A stretch of 64,000 nt of DNA, from assembly GCA_002633005.1 (NCBI GenBank), contig NMRA01000045.1, positions 1 through 64,000 of the forward strand, in the 5' to 3' direction. Position numbers and translations under genes: made by a program. Under the pieces are notes generated by a model, which was given only the letters and a program-made list of their open reading frames with translations, searched no databases and was not told where the DNA came from. Of this stretch, positions 38,069 through 50,797 are shown one piece after another; within the stretch, counting starts at the first letter, position 1, and each line of letters begins with the position of its first letter. Source of the DNA: Phoronis australis. Lineage: Eukaryota > Animalia > Phoronida.

Positions 38069-38767
38069 GTGCTTGTGATGGAATACCTGAAAGGTGTCAA
38101 ATATTCAGTTGACGTGGTGATTTCCCGCGGGAAACTTGTTGGCGGCTTCATTGTTAAGAGAGGTCCTCCCCCACTGCCGGATTTTTGGAACACTTCTGTC
38201 ACCATTCCTGGTGGCGATTCAGCAAAGGTGAACGAGGAATTGCTTGAAGCTTCGTATCAGTGCTCTCTAGCCGTCGGTCTTCGCCACGGGGTGTACAACG
38301 TCGAATTTATCTGTGGCAAAGGTAGCACCTTGCCCAGGTTAATCGAAATCAACCCACGTCCTTCTGGTTCTAAAAGAGGTTCATTACTTGAAGTGGCGTA
38401 CGGCAATGATACTGGTGTCATCAATACAAAGCTCTGCTGTGGCATAAATCTTTCTTCCGATGAGTTAAACATTGAGCCCAAAGCACACGTGGCTGCCTAT
38501 TACTTTGATTTGATTAGGCACACAGACAAGCTGAAAACAGCGTACGGTCATATGTTATCAAATGCTAAAAGTTACGATGTCGGGATGGTGACCCCAGGAC
38601 CGAAAACTACGACAGAAATGATGTATGAGAAACCTACATATCTAGATCCGGTTCTCATAGTGATGACGTCAGACGAATCAAGATGTGGGGCGGTCTATAA
38701 ATTATGTCGATTTCTTGTTGATTCAAAGTACTTCGACAGCATGGAAGAAGCTTTGTTGCAGTTTTAA
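38069..38767 (+). CDS. ATP-grasp ligase terminal exon, catalytic C subdomain
   Basis: tttatcAG acceptor; MEYLKG..SVD, GVYNVE, PRLIEINPR motifs; open to TAA 38765-38767; the four exons join in frame to ~464 aa. Confidence 0.93.
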   Translation: MLVMEYLKGVKYSVDVVISRGKLVGGFIVKRGPPPLPDFWNTSVTIPGGDSAKVNEELLEASYQCSLAVGLRHGVYNVEFICGKGSTLPRLIEINPRPSGSKRGSLLEVAYGNDTGVINTKLCCGINLSSDELNIEPKAHVAAYYFDLIRHTDKLKTAYGHMLSNAKSYDVGMVTPGPKTTTEMMYEKPTYLDPVLIVMTSDESRCGAVYKLCRFLVDSKYFDSMEEALLQF

Positions 38768-40853
38768 ATGAAAGGATTTTACATGTAATCTTCTACAGAC
38801 TGAACGCCTCATACGTCATGTATGATGCATGATGCGGAATTTGTTTGCCCATTGCGCTTTTATTTATCCATATGTTGTATGAAATTATGCACTTTTCCAA
38901 GAAAAAGCATTTACGACCTACTTAACATACAACTGGACAGGTAAAAATTGACTGGTCGATAATACACATTCCTATGAAATCAGTAAACGTTGACAGTGCG
39001 GCAGAGAGAAAGGGGGAGAGAGAAGGGGAGGGAAAGAGAATACAGCCAATCTGCTAATACATTAGCCAGTGGAAGATTAATATTGTAAGAAGCATTATTG
39101 CAAGAACAGGATGAGATTTTTTAGAATATGTAGGGAACAGCCCACGTTTTATAGAGTAAGTTTGCCGTGTATTTTGGAAAAAGGAAAATTTTTATCTAAT
39201 ATCACCGATTTTGATCTTATATTTCCCGTTTCTTGAACGTGTGCATTCCACGTCATTGATGTATGGTTACTTTTAAAAGTCAAATGTTGACTAGTAGGTC
39301 AAAGTCTTGTTCATTATTTTGATTACTGGAACTTGACGGGGTTGATTTTATATCTTTCTGAGAATAATGGGCAATAACGTCTGTTAACTATGATTCAGCT
39401 GTTAATTTCAGAGAACTTGGCATTGATATTGTCGTCGTGTAGGTTCGTTGAAAATTTGAAAGGAGAGATGGTATAAGTGTCCGCAGCATAAACAAGAAGG
39501 TCAAGGTTTGTACAAAAACAAAGATCATTAACGCAAAGGAAGAAAAGAAGAGGGTCAAGGAAAAAACCTGAGGCACATTGTTTGTAATACATAGTGATGA
39601 AAATTTGTTTTCAATAGAGACAGATTGTTTCCCATTTCGAAAATAGTTTTGGAACCTGTTCGACTGGGTTTTGTGAATTCCATTGAGACCGTGTATTAAA
39701 GAGTATTGCATAATCTAGGGCCCGAAAGCTTCTCCGATAAAGATTGGTAAAGGTGTATTTTGAGAGTCGATATAGTAGGTAAGGTATACGTACCTTATAT
39801 TCTTTGGAGTGGTTTTGTCTAAAATCATAAACGAAGGGTAAAGAAGGTGGCTTTTTGTTAAGTACGAGAACTAATGGTTACAGACTACTCCTTTGCGACT
39901 TCTATAGAAAACGGCAACACGGAGACAGGTCTGTTTAGGTCTTATTTCTTTAAGTCTTTGTTTTTATATACAGGTACAATTTTTAATATTTTCGATGAGT
40001 CTGGTATATCATGATTGCTTTAAATTTATAATTGGTAATTGGGCTGGAAACACTAGGGCAGGGATTAATTAAGTTGCTATAAATAATGTTTTCTCATAAT
40101 GATGATATATCTTCTTTGGCGGCTCATTGGAAAAGGAAGGCTGATCTGGTGGTATTAAAGATATGCAGAAGAAGTGGCAGAACCAATGTTGATGTTGTAT
40201 TAAATCTATCTGCTGTTTCTTTTGTGTTGTCGAGTATTCCATTGCCTCTTCTCCTGGGCTGGGTTGCATAACACTTCAAAATTATCCGCTGGGTAACTTT
40301 GATTGTTGCATGCCGTCAGGTGCACTGTTCAACAACTATAACGTGGCGTGTGATTAGAATGAGTGGCGTGGGTAAGAATTGGGAAGCGATTTGATGGATT
40401 CCCAGGTCTTGTGAATGTCCGGGACACAGATTTTCATGAAAGTGGATGCTAAAGATTACACTAATTCTAAAAATATTGACATCTATGGAGGAGTTATTTT
40501 TGTACATTTGATCTGATTGTACGTCTGTCTCAAGTGGAATTGCCCAGGTAATAAAGACACACAACACACGCACACACACACACACGCACGCAGACGCACA
40601 TATAATGCACTCAGTCAATAGTCGCTTAGTTATCGACAACATGGGTAAACTTTAACAACCTTTTTCTTAATCTGGCAAACTGCCCATTCTTTCCAATGCC
40701 ATGTACGATTGATGTGTGACACTTTGCCTATATGGAATGCAACTGCTGCTATAAGGGTGGTCAATGTACTGTGTGGAAGAAACCTTTGATTCTGAAAAAG
40801 CATAATGACAATTACTCATGTCTGTTTATCATGCAATTGAGTAAGTTAGTTAC

Positions 40854-40886
<33 letters not shown>

Positions 40887-41119
40887 GCATAATTATATCA
40901 TTTATTATGCAAATGAACTAACAGCCCCTGCATGGTATTCCCCTAGGTGCATATTGTCAGCTGTCCTACGTATTGGATGGAACACTTTATATATGTTATT
41001 AGGTAAATGATATTGTTGGTGGTGCAGTCAGAATAATGTTTTATTTCGAACTATTCATTGGTTTAAGAAGATTGTGTTGAGTAGTTAGTTATGTAACTGT
41101 TAGGTGNGGCATTGTATCT

Positions 41120-41670
41120 AGTGAAGAGCCTCAACAAAAGTTCCCTTGTACCCAGCAAGGTTACTCGAAATTTTGGGCTACAGACGCAGAACTAGGTCAG
41201 CATTTGGATGTGGGTAACTACACTGAACATTTACAGAGGGAAACCACGTATGACCACATCGCACGACAGTGGTCAGAAATGCTTTCAGATGCAAGAACCG
41301 GAGCGTCATTTGAGGCAGCCTCAGAGTACTATTTGGATGAGGCGAATGCTGAAGCAATAGGTTAGGCATTGAAAAAAGGTAAAAGGTCAACAAGATTTCC
41401 AGCAAAGGTTAAGAACTTTCTGACGAACATATTCGATGAAGGAGATAAGTCAGGTAAAAACGTTCACCCTCGGAAGTGCCAAAATGGAGAAAACGTTTCG
41501 AGAACGCTCTGGTAAAGTGTTTACCTGTGATATTAAGTGAATCGCAGTTTGGTGGATTTTTTTCGAGGTTGTCTGCAGCAATGGTTATGACGATGCAATT
41601 TCTGATGAAGATGCTGTTATATCGTCAGATTTACTGAATGAAGTGGTAAATGAGCTCAACGTTTAGCCTA
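41120..41670 (+). mobile_element. DNA-transposase C-terminal remnant, possibly Sola3
   Basis: FPCTQQG..L.QHLDVGN..TYDHIARQW..G*ALKKGKRSTRFPAKVKNFLTNIFDEGDKSGK..FFSRLSA; family label is from memory of this motif set. Confidence 0.5.
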
Positions 41671-42849
41671 GTTTTGTAGCATACCAGTCAAAGATGTGTG
41701 ATATATGAAGTCGAGAGCGTTACTTCTGTCATGAATGAGTTTTTAATAAAATTGGCTCTCATGAATTATTTTCTATTGACTGTGAATGTGTACCTTTTTA
41801 TGCCAATGATGATCACACTGACAGAAATATTCAGCGTTAAGGTGCCCGGTGTGTGGGGAGAACACCAGATTTCTGGCGACTGGTGGCGACAAAAATTTGT
41901 AGCAACCAGCAGGGACATTACAATATGAAACCAAAGTTACAATGACTATTGACAAGTTGAAGGATTTTTTGCACTGAACACTAGGGGGCCATATCCACTT
42001 TGGGTGCCTTCCTTTTCCTGTGGCACGAACAAGGCAGATAGAAAACAAGGCAGGGGTGAGTTCAGTAACACTAGAACCTCTCTAAAATTTATCCAAAATC
42101 ACGTGTTCTGATTTAAAATGCAGGGCAATATCTCGCGAAGTCTTGAATTATAGCAAGGTCCTCGTGTTACTGCTCTTATTCTAGATGCGTCTTCAGTCTC
42201 TACGTAAACAAAAACAGCGCCATCTATCATTTAGAACCACGCATGGCAGTTGATTTACGTTACATATTTTATGTAATAAGCAATAATCATCAATGCCATT
42301 TTCATAGAATGGTAATTAATAATGCTGTCTGACTTTTCTCCAAAATACAAGGTTTTTATGTCGTGTTTCGCAAGCTAATTATATGTTCCAACACCCCCTA
42401 TTGGCAGCAGAGGCAACTGAGAACATGCAAAAGGACGAAGTGCAGTTCGTACGCAAAAACTACATTAGAGGCAAGATTTTTTATTTTAGATTATGAACAG
42501 GTTAGGAATAACTAAACAAATTATTATAAAGTCAATTTCAGGAAAGGTGCGTTATGGCTGCTACAGAGTGCCAAATTTGGCCGAAAATGGCTTCAGTGAA
42601 AACCTGAAAAATAGCTGTTTTTGCCTCACAAATTCAAAACGTACAAATTTAAAAATGGATTTTGAAAATTATGCCATTAAATTATTCAGCCATTGCCCAT
42701 TCAATTCGTATTATTCATTTGTTTTGTCCTTACCACACATGCTAGTAAAATCCATTCAAACATGTCTACTTCGACGCCCAATTTTGTTGCAAAATGGAGG
42801 TACAGGTCATAAAAAGGAAATCAATGAATGAAAATTCTTAAAAAGTGAG

Positions 42850-45340
42850 GTTTTTCTACATCTCAACAAACCAAACTCATATGCTAAGTTTCAAAAAATC
42901 GGTGATTTTGGGTATAGACTCTACCTGTTGGTTCTTATATGGAGTCACTCTTAAATGGCAAAACATGAATTCATTCATGGTTATTCTGACATCTTCCTTA
43001 AGGGAAGATATCAAAATATCCTGAATTTTAATCAACAATCTTTGCACTACGTCACAATGGAAAAAACACGTGTTCATTATTCTAGATTACAGTAGGGACA
43101 TTTATCTGAAGTAACAATCTTCATCTTATATAACAAAGAGTTAGTATACACTCTGTTATGCAACAACATATACTTAAAACATTTAATGCATGGATCTAGG
43201 GGAAGTGTAAAAGGCAAGGAATTTTGGATGTCTTGTTTCGAGTAATGCTGCAACAATTTTTCATATAATTGTCTGGTTTTTGCAATACTTTTGTAGCAAA
43301 ATACTCTTGATTTTTTCTTTTGCAATTTTATTATAATCTAAGCAAATTTTATTGCTGCAACCAACCAATCGCTGATGACCTTGATCAATTTTTCTCGATA
43401 AAATAATACATATTGAATTAAAACTCAGAATTTGAAAATCTTTCAAGTTATATTTTGCCTTGAGCACCTCCCACGATAAAAGCTTATTTTCAGCATCAAG
43501 TAAGTCATTGATGAAACATAGCCCATTCCTATCGAAATCTTTACAATGTAGCGACTTATTATTAACTGTTAAAGGAGCATACCAATGCAAATATCAATAA
43601 AGATTCCCCTAACACCTGGCCGTGGGATGGAAATCGAATTGTTTCACAACAGGTTTCTGCCAGCAAACACTAAACTAGCATGAGCTCACACGGCCTCGGT
43701 GTCCCGTCAATTAGTTTTCTTGCACCTAAGCCAGTAACGCATAGATTTATTCATTGCTGGCATCTCAAATAATTTGCACTCACGAACACTCCAAAGGCGT
43801 TACAAATTGCATCTAATGAGGCAGACTTTGTTTGAGTTTTATATAAATATTGGTTAGGGTGAGAATAATTCAGTTGAAACACAACGCTCAATTACGAACA
43901 TGGCAACTCGCAATTCCGACTTAGGACGAGCTAGAGCTCGATCAGTCCCGACTTCGCAGGTGGATCGTTAAGTTTTACAGGTCATCAATATTCGAACAGG
44001 AATACAGTGATGAAGAAATACTAGAGAGGCGCCGTGAACAAGCTCATACAACGGAACGTATGGAGTTATTTGGTAAGCCGGCGTTCGTCAGGCACTGTCG
44101 ACGTCTGCAAGCCACAGACACGGAGATGTTTCACGGCCTCATACAGTGTACTTGCTATTTACAGCGTACATTTCATTCTTCACTACTGTGAGCCACTTCT
44201 TAAGCATTTCGGAGTCTCGAGGAATTAAAAAAATTTTATATACCCGCTTTCCATGCAGCTGCTTAGTTCGGACAAGCGGGAACGATGCATCGCAACATAG
44301 CGGCATTCACTCTCCATATGAACCCCTGACGTCGCTAGTGTTGTTTCTCACCTTCCTAACAGGTTAACGCGACACCTCTTGGCAAGGTAAGGTCGACTGT
44401 ATGCGAGGTGATGTGGATATAGACCGATTAAGACGACAAAAAAAGACTAATAAAATCGGGTGGCATTCTCCTTTAATATCTCTGTTATGTCATATAATCT
44501 GATCACAAACAGGCACATCTTTAAAAGCGTTATGATTCAAATGCTCACACTCCTACAAAACTTCTCTATAAAAAACATCATTTACCGTTGTAAATTATTT
44601 GCTTACTTTAAAATTACATGACTACAACAGTTCACCACCGTAACTCTTGACGATATATTGTGGATAAAACTTCCAACTTCCACTTTCAGGAGACTTGGAT
44701 TTTTTAACCCGGTTGACTAAAAGGCCTTCCTTTATAAGGGTCATGTCAGAGACTTTTAAACCACCATCTTTATAAGAGGCCATTACAACGCTTTTCTTTA
44801 TTTTAGGTTGTTTTCCTACCCAAGTAAAGTCATTTAAAATTTTGTGTATTCGTTTGCACAAATCCCTTGCCAATCCCAGGACAGATATAAGGTGAATCAA
44901 TTTGGATAGCGCAAAGGCTTCATTTATGACATTTCTTCCCTTAATTGTTAATTTTCTTGTTCTCCAAATATTTCGAACTTTCCTAAGTTCCAAAATTTTT
45001 TCTTCAAAATTTTGCCTAATTTTTTCTTTTTCATATTTACCGAAGTAAACGCCCAGACATTTAATGTTTGTTTTTGGCCAATTTATATCATACATATTCT
45101 TTTAAGTTCAGACTGGTGGCCTAAAAACATTCCTTCGCATTTTCGCTTATTTAATTTAAGACACGTCACCAAATCTTGTGAGAAATTTAAAGCATTCTGT
45201 TCCGGAAATTTCATCCTGAATAAATAAAATTGTATCATCAGCATACTGGCTATTTTGACTTCATGTCCATCAATACACAATCCTTTGATTAAGGGGTTAT
45301 TTCTAATGTAATGACTCATGAGCTCCACACAGTATAAACA
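42850..45340 (-). mobile_element. Degenerate L1/Tx1-clade LINE ORF2 (RT to zf-RVT), interrupted by Kolobok copy 3
   Basis: IKGLCI..KI, IKCLGVYF, WRTRKLTIKGR, YKDGGLKV, LLHNRVYTN..CPYC; many frameshifts. Confidence 0.88.
43569..44476 (+). mobile_element. Kolobok-like copy 3 (internally deleted) nested in the LINE
   Basis: TTAA-AGGAGCAT ... TGGCATTCTCCT-TTAA; body matches 7890-8766; LINE sequence continues on both sides. Confidence 0.85.
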
Positions 45341-45357
45341 GTTGACTACTTAAGGGG

Positions 45358-45500
45358 CAGTGCTGTAGTGGTAAGTAGGCGCCCAAAGCCCACCGTATCA
45401 CCTTGAGCACTGAACTTAACTTACGGTGCGTAGGCGCTACGTTCAAATGCCAAAAGGTGGTTGGCTACGCCTACGTGCGCCTAGCCCCAATACTGCACTG
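45358..45500. mobile_element. 143-bp hAT-like MITE
   Basis: CAGTG...CACTG imperfect TIRs, internal palindrome, 8-bp TSD ttaagggg/taaagggg (7/8). Confidence 0.6.
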
Positions 45501-45633
45501 TAAAGGGGTCGGTCCTCTTAACATTAAAATAACCACGAAGTACTGCAAAGTAGAAATCCGTACGCCTTACATTTTATCTTCGGTCTGCAAAACACTAAAA
45601 CAACTAAACGCGCGCCAACCAAGCAATGTTGAA

Positions 45634-45638
<5 letters not shown>

Positions 45639-45705
<67 letters not shown>

Positions 45706-47480
45706 CGCTTTTATTTACACTACATTATAATAATACATTGATTAAAATTTGATTTCAATTTGGAGGCCTTCTAAAGGTTATTGACCGCTAATAAGAAGGT
45801 CCCCTGCACAAAATAAACAAATTGAAATGCAAAAATCAGTAGGAATACTTAAGAAAACAGTGAATTAGTGCTGGAAACGACCGACACGCCAGGAACCAAG
45901 AAGTAAACTGGCACAGCTCAGGAGATTTTGAGAATACAATTAGATACTGTTACACATGAAGCAATTGGAAATATGACAAACTGGATAGTAGTTGCTAATA
46001 ATAAAATTGGTTAAGAACCTGGAGAATGCTTGCAAAGAATGCGTTTTTATTTTATTTAGAGCAGAGACTGGTATTTCGTTGTTGTTTATAAGTCGAGGAA
46101 TCTGAAATCTAATACAGGCTCTTGATGACAATTTGTTGGACGGAGGAATTAAAATTTTGGGTTGTATTGTCGGTATAGCAGCTGAGTATTTATTCAGGTA
46201 TGTAGGAGTTTTAATGTGTCTGGTTGGTTTATATTGGATGGGTTTACTAAAGAAGTTGTTAGTGTAAAAATACTTAGGAAGCTGATTATTGAGGAATTTG
46301 TAGTAAAATTTTGCAGTTGAGATTTTAAATATGTCTTGAACTAGAGGGAGGCGAAGTTCCTTACATATGAGCAGAGAGTGAGCATTATAACTGGAATGTG
46401 ATATATTCCTAAGGATTCTTTTCTGGGCTGTCTGAAGTTTCTTAGTGTTGCCAAAACCCCAAGTTGCAATGCCATAGTTTAAATGTGGAAGGACAAGTGC
46501 ATTATATATCAACTTGAGAGCTGGAAGAGGAAGATAAGATTTCAATTTGTATAAGAGTCCACCGAGATTGTTAAGTTTGTTTGAGATGAGGTTAATGTGG
46601 GGGGACCATGAGAGGTTTTGTCAACAGTAATACCATAGACAGGAAAACTGTTCACATGACATGTTGTTTTTCTATTTATACAAATGGTGGGAATAATGCA
46701 TTTTTCAATTTTCTTTTGGGGTAGTGGAAGATCATTAATTTACTTTTTGATGTGTTAATTGAAAGTTTGTTCACGGAAAACCTGTCTGAAATAGATTTAA
46801 GGTTGTTGTTGATGGTAGCTGATTGCTGTAAAGTGTGTTGGGAAGATTCAGTCAGTTTGTAATGTGTGACGAGGCAAGTGTCATCAGCATAAAAAAGTGT
46901 GTCCATGGGAGAAGAAAACGAAAGATCATTTATGTAAACTAGGAAGAGAAGTGGGCCTAGGACAGAGCCTTGAGGAACTCCGGTAGATATTGGTAATCAA
47001 CTGGAAATTGTATCACTTAGTGAAACATATTGTGTGCGGTTTGAGAGATAACTTTTAAACAGTGTATATTCAACTCCAGTAATACCATAGTGATTTATCT
47101 TTTGCAAGAGCATTTGGTGGTATATTGTGTCGAAAGCTTTAGAGAGATCTAGAAAGATGACCAGTGGATTCATGTCATTATCAAGATGGGAGCAAATGCG
47201 GTCTAAAAGCAAGTTCTGTAGAGTGACATTTCCTGAAACCATATTGATGTTTATTAAGAATATCATTTTCATTTAGGAAAGTTGAAAGTTGAGTACGGAT
47301 ATTTTTTCTATAATTTTTGAGATTGTTGGAAGAATAGAAATGGGTTTATAATTGCTCGGGTGCTCTGGGTCCAAACCTTGTTGTTTAAAAACTGGGATCA
47401 CTTTAGCAATCTTTAGAGCATCTGGAAATATACCAGTGTGCAAGCACTGGTTGATGATGGTCGTGAGAGGTTCGCCTTTA
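45639..47480 (-). mobile_element. 5'-truncated L2/CR1-group LINE with (CT)n tail
   Basis: LKIAKVIPVFK, YKPISILPTISKI, FLDLSKAFDTI, GVPQGSVLGPLLFLVYINDL, FYADDT; AATAAA-like signal then (GA)n on + strand at 45639-45702. Confidence 0.9.
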
Positions 47481-47914
47481 CAACATTCACTCAAAATGTC
47501 AACTGAATTTGCAGTGAGTAATTAGCTTAAAACGTTAATCTTGTAACCGACTCCAGGCGGGATCAACTGTTGACCTCTACTTAAAAGCAGGTCAACAGTT
47601 CACTGTTATACATACCACGTGCACCTTTTGAGTGACTTTATAGACCGATTTAGAAACCAAGAACATTTTCAAAATCGTCCTCTATCCCGAAACGAAACGA
47701 AATGCGTAATGAGGCTCAGCGTGGTATTTATACTCGCGCGAGTGCGTAGATGTGCGTGGGTATGTTTTGAAAATATCCTTAGTTTTCAGTATTTATTAAG
47801 CTGATACTGGAGACTGTGATGGATTGAATTCACCTATCACCATAGCTAATCTTCATGAACCAAATGCCAACACAGGAAATATAATGAACTCACTATAAGA
47901 GTGGTTCCGTAGCA

Positions 47915-49400
47915 TCAGGACCCGTTGTATAAAAGTGATAACGTGGATAAACAATGACATAACATCATCGCGCGTCACGTTGTCATTGTTAAACATTTTT
48001 TGACGTTATGCAAAAACCAAACCTATCCAGCATTTTAAAGTTTGATGCAACCGATCCCATACGAGAGGCGCACCTTGTACAGTTTTATTCACGCTTTCAC
48101 AAATACTGTTCAATCGATAATTTTAGACAATGCTTTAAGGCTGGCTACTTGAGCTTAATTTGCTGCAATTACTCTGAGTCCAAGATAATAGGCCTGCAAT
48201 AAAACGGTTAAAAAAAGAACTTGCTGAACTACGATGACTGCAATCTCCGTCAGTTTGAGTGAAAAATCGGACAAATTTCCAATCTAATAGTTTGGCATCA
48301 TCTTTTTCAATCTAGGTCCGTTGTGGTTTTTTTCAAAGTTCGTTATTCTCCTATGGACGTACACGTTGCTGCATGCAGACCAGCATGGTAAGTTAACGCT
48401 TGAAGAAACCCAGAGGGCAACCCGGGGAATCACAAATCTCTGAGAGAAGTTGCATCCGATTTATATGCGAGCAAGACTTTTGTGCAAACTATGGCGAAAA
48501 AAATGGAGCTAGAACCACAAAGAGATCAAGATGTTAGAAGGAAATGAAATAACTCGATGCCGATAGTTGCATGACCGCTATTCAGCCATCGATATGAAAA
48601 AAATATAATTTTCACTGATGGAAAGGACTTCACGCTTGGAATCGCTAAAAATCGCCAAAACGATCATGTTTATTGGAAGCAAAAACGAGAAATTCAGCCT
48701 CCTCGACTCTATCATGAGAATTTCAATTTTGCCAAAAAAATAAATTATGCTTTCCGCCGGAGTATATTTGGAAGGAAAAACAAATTTTCATTTTATTGAC
48801 CTTGATAGAGTCAAAGTCAACAGTCAACTCTACAGTACATGCAGTTATTGGATGAAAATCGTCTCCGGTTTGCTGGCCACTTTATTCTGGAAACAATTAC
48901 GCGGTTCAGCAAGATAGGGTTCCTTCACCCACGAGCTAGATAACCCAAGCAAATCTGGAGCTGGCTACACCAAAACTCACCAAACAGAATGAGAGCCCTC
49001 CGCTCAGTCCTGAATGCAATCCAATGGACTATGCCTTATGGGACTCTCTGAAGGTGAAAGTTTACCGGGGAATGAGAGACAAATTGACTGAGCAGGTGTT
49101 GAAAGACAGGATAATTATGTCACATGGGCGGAAATCTCTATGAAGAAATACGGAAAAGCACTTCTGGTTGGAAGAAACGGCTCCGCTCAGTCGTGGAGGA
49201 AGATGGAGACCGCATTGTGCATAGACTGAAATAAGAGAGCTTCCCTTTAATATTTTATTTTTTGACCTGATGTTTTCAATTTGACAGTACCCACTATTTG
49301 ATATTTTGCACACATGTTGATGATATCCTAAAGTTTATCTGTAAGAAATTTTAAAAAATTCAGTTAACCCGTTGCTGAAATTTTTTTGTCAAACAATGGC
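47915..49400 (+). mobile_element. Degenerate Tc1/mariner (maT/DD37D-like) transposon
   Basis: IFTDGKDFTL..NRQNDHVY, FQQD..PS, PPLSPECNPMDYALWDSLK remnants at ~48600-49070; TIRs not resolved. Confidence 0.75.
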
Positions 49401-50797
49401 GCAAACTGACCTCATTATATTCATTGACCACAAAAACATAGGTGCAAATATAGGAAAAATCTACATGTAGTGCTCTCAGAGGAAGTTATGAGCAGAAAGA
49501 GAATTTTAAATAATGACATCCTTTATTCGCATAAATTGTGCAAAATTATCATGCAACAACTTGTTAACTTATTTCATTGAATTCACTAAGGCCATTCCCA
49601 TTGGGAACGCTTGACTTTGGTTTTGAATCGACGTTAACAGCGCGAGTTAACGCCCGAGTGAAAAAGAGCTGGATTTAACAGCGAAGCGTCGACTTCACTT
49701 CAATGGGGAACATAACTTCGATGCCATCGGAGTTTTCGGCAGGGGTCACTGAGTTTCACAATAGCGGCGGTTAATTGTTGATACTTTGGTCTAATAATTA
49801 TTTTTTCGTCAGTATCAGTATTCTGTTTTGTATTTGTTGTATTCGTTATTAAAATTAACGTATAGTGTACGCACAACTAGTTCCCGCTATACGTTGTTCG
49901 GATCAACTGTTAACGTACTCAAGAATCAAGTTTTTTTAGTAATTATCATCTTCTACTATATCGGCATCGTTAACGTTCTACTTATCGTTAAGGGAGAGGT
50001 TCTTACCATTGTTGATGCAAAGTCAAGAACAGAAGGCATAATTTCGCTGAACTAGCTTCCTGAGTAATTCTGAAGCAGATGGCAACACTAGCCCTTAACT
50101 TCACGGAATTATCACATTTAATTGGATGCTCCAATAGTAGTGGAGGTACTGTATGGGAAAGGGCCTACTGTTCACATAAACATGGGTGCAAACATCAATA
50201 CATAGACCTGTGGTGCCTGATTCTGCAGCTATGAGCACTAGTAGGATTTTCATTAATGATCGCCTTAGTTTGCGTAATGTATGTAAATTCTCGAAATATC
50301 CGCCTCCAAAGTACCTCCACTAAATGAACTGGCCATAATTACATGGGCGAAAACATAAAAATAATTTACTTGGAGTGCTTGCTGAGGACGTTATCAAAAA
50401 AAAACACGATTTTTGCCTAACAGTGGCCTTAGTTTGCATATTTAAAAACCTCTTTAAGGCTGTTAAGATTACAACCCAGCTAAAACTTTTAAGAGAGGCA
50501 CATAGAGATGAATAATCCAGAAAACCTTGTGCTACCAATAATTTTTAGACAGAGAGAAAATAAAAATACTTAACCGGAAAAAAAAATAATTTTTAGACAG
50601 TATCCATTTCTTACACCAGGACTATATAGTGACTGTAATTCGGTGAACAGAGGAGATTGATCTTAGCTATAAGCTGTGTCTAGACAACCAGCAGTCCCAA
50701 CACAACTTTCTTCAGCAGGCCCGGATCGGATGACCGTAACCGTCTCTCTCCAATTTTGTCATTGAGATATCTCGGTTTTCCATTCTCATTTTTACAG

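Larger units (their letters stand above)
31760..40235 (+). repeat. Segmental duplication block B (holds the intact 3' exons)
   Basis: Collinear with blocks A and C apart from transposon indels. Confidence 0.88.

Noticed and set aside
27456-38767. Bacterial contamination or recent horizontal transfer of an L-amino-acid ligase
   Set aside because: Has spliceosomal introns filled with animal transposons and motif order close to CARNS1; ancient transfer cannot be excluded without a tree. The symbol CARNS1 is withheld because orthology is unproven
45352-45455. tRNA or tRNA-SINE (A-box-like tgtagtggt, B-box-like gttcaaat)
   Set aside because: No cloverleaf; better explained as a TIR MITE with 8-bp TSD
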